64,000 bases of DNA, taken from positions 1 through 64,000 of the IMG/VR virus record IMGVR_UViG_3300031576_000016. One strand, 5' to 3'. Position 1 is the first letter of the stretch. Every line of letters starts with the position of its first letter. Made by a program: the position numbers and the translations under genes. The DNA is from a virus. Below are positions 36,585 through 45,900 of the stretch, piece by piece. The notes under the pieces are model-generated. The model was not told the origin of the DNA. It was given only the letters and a program-made list of their open reading frames with translations, and ran no database searches.

Positions 36585-37055
36585 TCACGGAGCATCCAAG
36601 GCCGAGACATTTGTCTCGGCCTTTTCTTTTTGATGTGGGCAGTAGCCGTAGAAGCCGATGGAGCAGTTGCAGTTCATACATAGAACGCGATACCCTGGCG
36701 GGAAGCCTTCGCGCTTGAGCCAGAGATAGAACTTTCTACCAGTCATGCCAGATTTGCGGTGTTGATTGCCGCCTCCGTCGATGTGGTCGAGAGTCAGAAA
36801 CTCAAGACGCCATTCTCCGCAACACGCACACTTCATGGTTCCCTTGCTGTAGGCTGAAAGAATCTCATGTCGCCAGCGTTGGTAGTCTTTCTTTTGAGCT
36901 ACTCGCTCTACAGCACGAACCTGCGGCTGCTTTCGCCTGGCTCTAGCATAGACATTGTGACATGCTTTGCATATCTCTTGTCGCCTAGCTTTCGACATCT
37001 CTGACATTGGTTTTGTGTGACCGCACTTTTTACACCTGACTTCTGTGGTCTTCAT
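36585..37055 (-). CDS. Free-standing HNH homing-type endonuclease
   Basis: CxxC..CxxC N-terminus; CACCGE...LTLDHI...LCxNCN; antisense and lower GC than its neighbours. Confidence 0.85.
   Translation of the reverse strand: MKTTEVRCKKCGHTKPMSEMSKARRQEICKACHNVYARARRKQPQVRAVERVAQKKDYQRWRHEILSAYSKGTMKCACCGEWRLEFLTLDHIDGGGNQHRKSGMTGRKFYLWLKREGFPPGYRVLCMNCNCSIGFYGYCPHQKEKAETNVSALDAP
36598..36631 (+). terminator. Rho-independent terminator of the tail tube gene
   Basis: AAGGCCGAGACA/TGTCTCGGCCTT followed by TTCTTTTT. Confidence 0.85.
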
Positions 37056-37126
37056 TGTAACCCTTCCTTGGATAACCGTGACTCATCCAAAGGATGATAC
37101 ATTCGCCACGTCGAAGCCGACCACTC

Positions 37127-37221
37127 GTGTAATATCAGGCGGGAGAGTTTCACTCTAGGCGGTGAAACTCAGGATGGTGAAAGATGAAACTTGTTGTTCA
37201 CTACGGAGTGAACCAGCCATC
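37127..37221 (+). promoter_or_regulatory. GTGTA motif plus structured leader
   Basis: GTGTA-N9-GGG, then GAGTTTCAC/GTGAAACTC and GTTCACT/AGTGAAC hairpins. Confidence 0.5.
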
Positions 37222-37247
37222 ATTAGTAAACGGAAGGAACGCAAAGC

Positions 37248-37436
37248 GTGGAACCACTTCAGTACGAAGCAATCTGCAAATACGTCGGCAAGCTCTTTCT
37301 CGAAAGCAACTCACAACTCGAATCACAGTCGGCATTCTTCCACGCGAAGATGCAGGAACTCCGCGAGCAAGTCAAGAAGCTTGAGCAGGAGAGGGATGAG
37401 GCTCTGCGACTCATCGCCACGACGAAGCGGGAGTAA
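37248..37436 (+). CDS. Small coiled-coil protein
   Basis: AAGGA RBS plus GTG start. Confidence 0.7.
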   Translation: MEPLQYEAICKYVGKLFLESNSQLESQSAFFHAKMQELREQVKKLEQERDEALRLIATTKRE

Positions 37437-37438
37437 TA

Positions 37439-38521
37439 GTGCAGCCTCACGAACGCGAACTTATCGTTGCCCGCATCTGCTCGGGCACCGTTCGTTGCCC
37501 GGTCCATTTCGACGGCCGCAACACCACCATCATCATGCGTCAGCCGACGCGCGAGCAACTCTACATCGCCGCCGAACTGTTCACTGATGTGTTTCGGGAG
37601 TCCGAGCTTGAGGGCCTCTTCAGCGAAGATGAGCTTTATGCGTTCTTGATGGACAACGACCTCTGGACTCTGGAAAAAGATAAGCAATACGTCGGGCTCC
37701 CCAAGGACATTGAGGAGTTCAAGCTGAAGCTGTTCAAGCTCACGTTCAAGTCGAATGAGCGGCAAGTCGCACGCAAGGCCCTGGCCCTGGCCAAGAGCGT
37801 CTATGCCGGGCTCGCCGCCGAGCGAGCGATGTATGCACACCTTTCCTGCCAAGGCGCAGCCAATCTTGCACGGAACAGGTATTTGTTGGGCTGCTCGATG
37901 TATTATCCAAACGGAAGCCCCGTCTTCGTTGGCGAGACCTTCTGGGAGGAGCCAAGTGACCTCCTGGACCTGGTCATGCAGTCTCAGAGCCATCTGCGTC
38001 TTGGCGAGGAAGCCATTCGCGAGATAGCCCGGACCGACCCCTGGCGAAGTATTTGGATATGCAGGAAGGGAGAGGGGCACGTCTTTGGCGTGTCGCCCGT
38101 CGATTACACGGAGGAACAACGGTCGCTTGTGGGTTGGTCGAATCTCTACGACAACATCTACGAGCATCCGGACTGCCCATCTGATGACATCATCGAAGAC
38201 GACGACATGCTGGATGGCTGGCTCATCGACCAGCGGAGACAGCGTGAAGCGCGCCAACTCAAGAAGTCCGCCGAAGACATCGTGTCCAACGAAAAGATTC
38301 GTGGCAGCAGCGAAATCTTCGTCCCGGCCGGCACAAGCAAGGATGCCGCGAAAATCAATGAGCTAAACGACGAGATGACTCGGGGCTTGTTGAAGCAGCG
38401 GTTCGACTACCTCAAGAAACACGGCAAGGTTGCTGAACAGGATATGCCGGACACGAAACGTAGGCTGCAAATGGCGGCGGCTGACTTGGGCGCGAAAGCC
38501 ATAACAGGAAAGACACAGTAA
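37439..38521 (+). CDS. Tail-region protein (possible tail assembly chaperone)
   Basis: Lies between the tube and TMP genes. Confidence 0.5.
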   Translation: MQPHERELIVARICSGTVRCPVHFDGRNTTIIMRQPTREQLYIAAELFTDVFRESELEGLFSEDELYAFLMDNDLWTLEKDKQYVGLPKDIEEFKLKLFKLTFKSNERQVARKALALAKSVYAGLAAERAMYAHLSCQGAANLARNRYLLGCSMYYPNGSPVFVGETFWEEPSDLLDLVMQSQSHLRLGEEAIREIARTDPWRSIWICRKGEGHVFGVSPVDYTEEQRSLVGWSNLYDNIYEHPDCPSDDIIEDDDMLDGWLIDQRRQREARQLKKSAEDIVSNEKIRGSSEIFVPAGTSKDAAKINELNDEMTRGLLKQRFDYLKKHGKVAEQDMPDTKRRLQMAAADLGAKAITGKTQ

Positions 38522-38901
38522 TGGACCAAATGGACCGGCTACGCAACGTGGCCAACACTCGTAAGGAAGTTGAAGAGCACGCGACCCAGCGAAGCTTCCA
38601 GGAAGCCTCCAGGCGGCGTCTGCTCAAGATACTCGAAAAGAAGCTCCACACGGCGTTCATCGGAGCCCTGTCGCACGTTGAGACCCACTTCGGTAGGCTC
38701 TGGGGGCATGGCAAGGACGAGATGGATTGCACTGAACAAGAACTGGCCTGGCGTGAGATTTGGAATCTGTGTCGCACGGATATTCTCACCAACGGCAACA
38801 ATCAGCTTCGCGCGGTGCAGGCTGAGATGCAGTTGTACAAGATTGAGTGGAATCGGTATTCCACTCAGCTAGTAGTGAAACGGAATGGCCAGGACGTGTA
38901 G
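38521..38901 (+). CDS. Hypothetical tail-region protein
   Basis: TAATG overlap. Confidence 0.7.
   Translation: MDQMDRLRNVANTRKEVEEHATQRSFQEASRRRLLKILEKKLHTAFIGALSHVETHFGRLWGHGKDEMDCTEQELAWREIWNLCRTDILTNGNNQLRAVQAEMQLYKIEWNRYSTQLVVKRNGQDV
38896..38900 (+). promoter_or_regulatory. GTGTA putative late promoter core
   Basis: Overlaps the stop of the previous gene, 25 nt before the next start. Confidence 0.35.
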
Positions 38902-38925
38902 TATCTGGCACAAAGGAGGAGGCAC

Positions 38926-39816
38926 ATGGCCGACCAAAAGAAAATCGAGAACAAGAAAAACTTCAAGGTCACCGTCGATGACAAGGAACTCAACCTTGCC
39001 GTGCGCCGGCCGGACAACAAAGCCCGCCAAGGCGGACAACAGGTCTACAATCGAGCGTTCCGCCAGGCAATCGAGTCCGGCGCAATCGTTCGAGCCCGCA
39101 TCGAAGCGGTGATGCGCGACCAGAACCTATGGGACGACGCCCGCCAGAAGCGGTTCGAGGAACTCAACAAGCGATTGCTCGATTACGAACTGTCGCTGAA
39201 AAAGGGTGGTCGCAAGCTCAAGGACGCCCGCGAGATGGCCATCCAGATGCGCCGGGACCGCTGGGAACTCCGTAATCTGAACTACGACCGCAACCAACTC
39301 GACCTTCACACGGCCGAGGCTCAGGCCGAGAACGAGCGCTTCAACTACCTCGTCGCGACCTGCACGGTGTATGGTGATACGGGGAAGCCATACTTCAAGG
39401 ACGTGGAAGATTATCTCACGAGGGATAACGACCCCGTCGCTCCTCAAGCGGCCACAACGCTTGGGAAGATGATTTATGGCCTGGACGACGACTTCGAGCA
39501 CCAGTTGCCCGAAAACAAGTTTCTCAGGAAGTACAAGTTCGTCAACGACACACTGCATCTCGTTGACACGACCGGCCGTCTCATCGACGTGAATGGTCGC
39601 CTGGTGGACTCCGAAGGACGCCTCATCAACGAGAAGGGCGAACTGGTGGACACCGATGGCAACCTCCTCACCGAGGATGGCGAGTACAAAGTCGATTTCG
39701 CGCCGTTCTTGGACGACGACGACGAACCGATTTCTGAGGACACCGACAAGAGCACCCAGGACAACGCTGCTCCTGTCGAAGACGAAGAACCCGAACCGCA
39801 AGAAGTCTCGGTCTAA
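38926..39816 (+). CDS. Tail assembly chaperone-like protein with 7-aa L(V/I)DxxGx repeats
   Basis: Directly upstream of the TMP gene; AGGAGG RBS. Confidence 0.55.
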   Translation: MADQKKIENKKNFKVTVDDKELNLAVRRPDNKARQGGQQVYNRAFRQAIESGAIVRARIEAVMRDQNLWDDARQKRFEELNKRLLDYELSLKKGGRKLKDAREMAIQMRRDRWELRNLNYDRNQLDLHTAEAQAENERFNYLVATCTVYGDTGKPYFKDVEDYLTRDNDPVAPQAATTLGKMIYGLDDDFEHQLPENKFLRKYKFVNDTLHLVDTTGRLIDVNGRLVDSEGRLINEKGELVDTDGNLLTEDGEYKVDFAPFLDDDDEPISEDTDKSTQDNAAPVEDEEPEPQEVSV

Positions 39817-39851
39817 TCTCCCCGCCGGATAGTCACGCTCACAAGCAATGG

Positions 39852-39898
39852 AAAGGGCAGCTTCGCCTCAGACAAGGTGCGCAGCTGCCCTTTTTTTT
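39852..39898 (+). terminator. Rho-independent terminator just upstream of the TMP gene
   Basis: AAAGGGCAGCT/AGCTGCCCTTT with a T8 tract. Confidence 0.8.
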
Positions 39899-39910
39899 AT
39901 TGGGTAACCA

Positions 39911-42900
39911 ATGGCTGATTTCAACATTGTTGCGAGACTTCAGATTCAGCTTCAAGCTGGGTCTGCGGCGGCTGCGGTGCAGCAGCTTCAACAGCAGCTG
40001 CGCAACGCGAACCTGTCGCTCGCCTTCGGCCTCCAGCCGCAAGCTCTTGGTGGTCTCAACAACCTCAACCAGGGGCTTCGCGCGACTCAGGCTGCGGCCT
40101 CAGCAACCTCCTCCTCTCTGCGCAGTACCACCCAGGTCATCAATGATGGCTCCACGGCCATCGAACGCTTTGGGGCTCAAGCCGGGCTCGCCGCTCGCCG
40201 CTTCATTGCCTTCACCGTAGGCGCGTCTACCATTGTGAAAGTCGCGCAAGCCTTTCGAGAAGGTATTGCGGCCGGTATTGATTTCAACCGCACGATGGTG
40301 AAGATTGCCCAGGTTGGCGGCGACACCAAGGGGCAGTTGGCTGAGCTTGCGTCAGAAGTGACCAGGCTCTCGACTACCTGGGGCATCTCGTCCAAAGAGC
40401 TTGCTAACGCGGCACTCGTTTTCAAGCAGGCCGGCTTGTCGGCTCAAGAAGTCAAGGGCCATCTTGAGACCCTTGCCCTCACGGACCTCGCGCCAAACTT
40501 CGAGTCGATGGCTCAGACGGCCGAAGGTCAAATCGCCATCTGGCGTCAATTCGGCACCAACGTAGACCAAACGCGCGAAGCCCTTGGTGCAGCCAACGCG
40601 GTTGCCGGCGGCTTTGCCGTTGAGTCGCGCGACCTTATCGAAGCCGTCCGCAAATCCGGCGGTGCGTTCAAGGCAGCTGGCGGCAGCTTCAACGAGTTCA
40701 TTTCTCTGTTCACAGCCGTGCGTAGCACGACACGAGAATCGGCCGCTGAAATCGCGACCGGTATGCGGACAATCTTCACCCGCATTCAGCGTCCTCAGAC
40801 TGTTGAGTCGCTCCGCGAACTCGGCGTGAATTTGCGGTACACAGCGGATGAAGCCAAGAATCTTGGTCGTGCCGACCTCGAAAATCAGTTCGTTGGTCCA
40901 TATGAAGCCGTGAGCCGCTTGAACGAGGCACTGCGGGACATTCCGACCACGGACCCGCGCTTCTTGCAGGTCATCGAGCAGCTTGGCGGCTATCGTCAGG
41001 TCAGCCGTGTTCTGCCGATGATTCTCCAGTTCAGTGAGGCTCAGAAGGCCCTGAACGTCGCTCAAACCGGCAGCCTGTCCCTGACAGCGGCAGCCGAGAA
41101 GTCTCAGGAATCGCTTGGCCGTCGCTTGAGCCAGGTCAACGAAGAGTTCCTTGGCTTCATGCGAAGCATCGTGGAGAGCAAGGGTTTCCAGAGCTTTGTG
41201 CGGTTCTCCCTGGACCTTGCCAGCGCACTCATCAAGGTCCTGGATGTGGCTCGGCCACTTATCCCGGTCATCACCACGCTCGCCGCAGTCCGTATCGCAC
41301 AGAATTTCGGCCAGACGGCCGGCGGCTTCCTCTCGCACTTCATCGGCACGGCCCCGGGCAGCTTCACTCCGAAAAAGGTTGAACCTGGCGTTCGCTTCGC
41401 CAAGGGCGGTTATGTTCCCGGCTCGGGAGCTACCGACTCGGTCGCGGCTCACGTCATGCCGGGCGAACACGTCACCAAGAAAGATTCGACGCAGTCGGTT
41501 GACCGCCGGTATCCTGGCTTCTTGACAGCCATGAACCAGGGGGGCGACATTGGCGTCGAGAACTATTTCCGACATCGTTTTGCCGATGGCGGCGAAGCCC
41601 GCCAAGGGTTCGGCTTTGGTGACACGGTCAAGTCACTTCTCGCGAATAGCGTTCTCGGCCTTGGACTGCTAACAGGCGTTGATTCCGGTGACGCCTACGA
41701 AGTCGCAAAACAGCGAAGTGGCGAACAAGTCGAGCACGTCCAGAAAAGCCTTCAGGAAGACGAGAAGAAGAAGCGCCAAATCAAGCAAGCTTTCGGCGGC
41801 GAGACGCCGCGTCAGCGCTTCGGCTTTGGTGACAGCGTCAAGAAGTGGCTCTCGACCGGAATCTTGGCAGCCGGCTCGCTCGTTGGTGGTCACGGCCTGG
41901 ACGACCAGGTTTCTGTTGGCCAACAGGAAAAGCGCGACCGCATCGAGAATGTGAAGGAGTCGCTTGAAGAAGAGCTTCGTCGCAAGAACAAGAAGAAGCC
42001 TCAGAAGCTCGGCAAGGGCGGTACGCCCGACCTGGTTGCCGCCGATGGCTCGATGGTTCTGCCTCTCATCGAGAAGCACTTCGACGATGTCAAGCAAGAC
42101 GACCGTGGTCGCTATGTTACAAAACAAAACAATCGCGATGTGTTCTTCGAGTACATGCCAAAAATCAACGCCCTGAAGATTGACTTCTTGCAGGACGGCA
42201 TCGGCGACTTCAAGCACACGAACAAGTCTCTCCAGAAGGGCACACTGTCCTTCCTGCGCAATCTCCAGGGCGTTGCCAAATCTGCTGGCCAAAAGGTATT
42301 CGGCATTGTTGCGGCGGGCTCGGAACAAAAGCGCTCGAAGATTTACAAAGAGGGTCTTGAAAAGCTCGGCTTTGTCGCAGACGACACGTGGTCGGAATAC
42401 TACAAGAAAGCCGCCTTCGGCGGCGAGATGCGGCTGGCCAAGGGCGGCGATGACATCTTCAGCAAGTTGCCGAAGTATCCAAAAGAGGATGAGTCTGAGC
42501 TTCCGCCACAATACGGCAACCCAATCAATGAGTTCATACAGAAGAAAACTGGCCTAAGTAAGAAAGAGATAACTGCCGCTGCTCTTGCCGGGAGCGTTGC
42601 CGCTAATGGACTCCTAGCTGCCACTAGCATGTGGATTCCAGGTTCGCAGCCGGTTGCTACCGGCATTACTGCTCTTGGAATCGCTGGTGTCAAGAAGTTA
42701 CTGAAAAAGCGCCGTGGCTTTGCTGGCGGTCTGGATGTCATGCCAGATGGTCAGCATGAGTCGCTTCGTAATCTGTACGACCAGGTCAAGGAATACGCAG
42801 AGACGCGATTCAGTGCTCACGCTGGCAGCCCGGAAAGCGACCAGAAGAAGAGCAAGGCAACCATCGCTCACATTCGCCGCCTGGCGGCTGCTACACTCAG

Positions 42901-45900
42901 CAGGAAGGAAGTGTTGCAGCGTATCCCGGCCGGCTCCTCGATTGCTGGCATCGGTGCCTTCGGTGTGGCTATCAAGACGCCCGATGGCGACGTGATTCGC
43001 GCTCAGGCCGACAAAGCACCGGACCTCGCAAACAAATACGCCGCTGAGATTGGACGCAAGCCGTTCAAGCCTTGGCAGTACGCAACCGCTCGCCCGCCTA
43101 TTGATGAAGTGTTGCAGCCGACAGCCACGATGACTGTCAAGAAGGGTGAACGCTCAACGTTCATGGAGCGTCTGCCTTATGTGACGCCGCTCACCGAGCT
43201 TCCTCACCATCAGCAGGAAGAAGCTCATGAGAAGGCCCAGGCAGAACTGTTGCCGTCGATGGCCAAAAAGGGCTGGATGCTTACTGACAAGCACAAGGGC
43301 AACCTAGCGGTTGACAAGGCCGGCCGGTTCATCGCGCTTGACCCGGCGACTGCCAAAAAGATGAATGAGGACCAGCAGTCGCGGCTTCTCAGGATTCTCG
43401 CTTCAGACAAAGCGGTTGCTACTGGCCTGCCAGGGGCTCAGGTCGATGAGTCTACGATTCACGACCCGCGTCTGAGTGTTAGCCCGCCAAGTCCAACAGT
43501 GCAGACGCGCGGTCGTAAAAAGTTCGACATCGGCGGCGAAGCCGCTTTGCCGGAAGCAATGAAGTTGTTGCAACAACGCTTCCAGACTTTCGACGTGTCG
43601 CGTATTGCTGAGAACGTGACGTTTCACGACAAGATTCCATCGAAGACTTTCCCAGAGCGTGGCGCGATTGGTAAGTTTTATCCGGAGACGGATGAAATTG
43701 CCCTTTCTCGCCAGTTGAAGTCTCCGCGCCTTCTTGCAAAGACGCTGCTTCATGAATTCGTTCATAGGATTGATTACGACGAGGGCACGCAAAAGCGGCA
43801 TGGCTCTCGCGACAAAAAGTCTGTTCCCGGCAAGTTGGCTGCGCAGCTTCAGCCTGCATGGTCTGAAATGGCGATGCAGAGATATTTCAAGGGTAAGACC
43901 AAGGAACAGTTGACTCCGAAGGAACAAGAGTCGCTGGCATATCTGACGGCTCCACATGAAGTTCTTGCCTACATGGTCTCGGACGTGGCCACTCGGGACA
44001 AGGACCAGGTTCCTGAAGAACATGAAAAGGCTGTGCAGACACTGCTCAGGCGTCACCTACCGGCTCGGCAACCGCAGAAGTACGAACGTGGCGGATGGGT
44101 TGTCCCTGGCGAAGGCAACACTGACTCCTTTCCTGCTGACCTTGCTCAGGGTTCGTATGTCATCCGGAAGTCCTCGGTTCAAAAGCTCGGCGCGTCCAAC
44201 ATCCTGAAGATGGCAACCGGCGGCACTGTCCCGGCATTGCTCATGCCTGGCGAGGTTGTTATTCCGCCAGGTAAGGCTCGTCAAATCGGTCGTCACGCTC
44301 TGACCGAGATGAACCTTCACGGCCGTATGCCGTTCGCTCAGGGCGGCTTTGTGCGGATGGCAACTGGCGACCAGGTGCCGAAACAGGAGACTGTCAAGGT
44401 CGGCGCGCTACCTGAACGTTTTCAGGATGACGTTGAAAGGATGTTTCGTGGACTTGGTGCCAAGGTTCAGAAGCCACTGCATGAACTTGAAGTGGTCATT
44501 GAGCGGTTCGGCAAGAACATTGTCCGCGTTGTGAAGATTGTCGATGTGGCTGTCACTTCTACCGCGTTGCCAAAATCGGCAGCTTCTGCTGCTACGACTC
44601 CAGCAACCAAGCCACAAACAGTGCCTGCGCTGCAAATAGTCCGGGACCTGAAAGCTCACTTGATTGCTCAGGCTGAGGCGGGTGGTAAGTCTGGCAAGCT
44701 TTCTTCCGAGCAGGTTGAGAAGCGCAAGGCTCGCTATGACAAAATGCTCAGTGAGGAAAATCCAGAACGGTCGCTAGAAAAGTATGCCAAGTTTCAAACG
44801 AAGGCCCCGTCCTTCAGTGGTTACTTGGACAAGCGAGACCGCAAGCAAGCTGCCGAGGACCTGAAGAGCACCATCTATACGTCGTACCTGGAGACTGGCA
44901 CGACTAGCAAATACAAGAGCGCCAAAACTCCCGAAGAACGTGGTCGCGTGTTAGCTACGGCTGTGCCAAAGTACATTCGTCAAAATCTTGCCGATTTTGA
45001 GGGTGGTACTGAGACTGGTCGCAGCTATGAGACTGCGAAGAAGACTCGTGGCCTAGAGAGTCAATATCAAAAGGCGCTGAGGACACAGTCGCCAGAAGAA
45101 GCTTTGAAGTCGGTTGTTTATCAGGCAACAGCAAAGCGCATCCAGTATGAAGAAAGCTCTCGTCAAAATAAGGGTAAAGCGCCACGAACCCAAAAAGAGC
45201 TTCAAGCTGCAATTGAGGAACGATACCAGACGCGCATGGGCAAGTATGATGCCCACGACTTTGAGGGGCCGGCTGCGGATGTGGCTCGCGCAAAACTGTT
45301 CGGGCACAAAGACCATATCAAACGCGGTGCCGAGGAAGCTTCTGCACGTACCGGCAAAAGCGTTGACGAAACCAGGGTCGATAGTCTTGAAGCACTCCAT
45401 AGTAGCCTTGGCGATAGTTCTCAGGCTGCGGCCATTTATCGTCAGCAACAAACCACCGGTCTCCAAAGCCAACTAAAGCGCGGTAAAATCAGCCAGGCTA
45501 CTTTTGAAAAGCGAGTGGCCAAGCTCGATTCTCTAAGCGACGATAAGGCATCGAAACTATTACTGTATACCAGGGATGGTACGCTGCGCGAGAAGGTTGG
45601 CAAGCAGCTTGCTGCCGCCGGCATTACCGCCGGTAAGACTCCTCAAGAGACTCGGGAGAACATTGGTAAACGCCTCCAGGAAATGAAGGGAGAGTTGGAG
45701 GCTGCTAAGCCGACAACGGTTCCCGAAGTTGCCGGTCGCGGCCTCACGCCGGAAGAGAAGCGTAAGCGACTCGTTGACCAAGAAGTTCGCGGTGCGACCC
45801 TAGAGTCCGACTTGACTCCAAGCAAAGCCGACTTGAAGGAGTTGCGCAAGGACCCGGCCTTTGTAAAACAAGAGAAGCAAGACGCTGCACCATCAGCCCC

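Noticed and set aside
37226-37250. c-di-GMP-I riboswitch (ACGCAAAGC-like string)
   Set aside because: The flanking stems are missing; the string is simply the RBS-to-GTG spacer
34518-39816. Contractile tail sheath gene
   Set aside because: No ORF of suitable size or motifs near the tube gene; a non-contractile tail is more likely
37439-39911. Lambda G/GT-type programmed frameshift in the tail chaperones
   Set aside because: No clear slippery heptamer with a downstream alternative frame; only 94 nt, containing a terminator, precede the TMP gene
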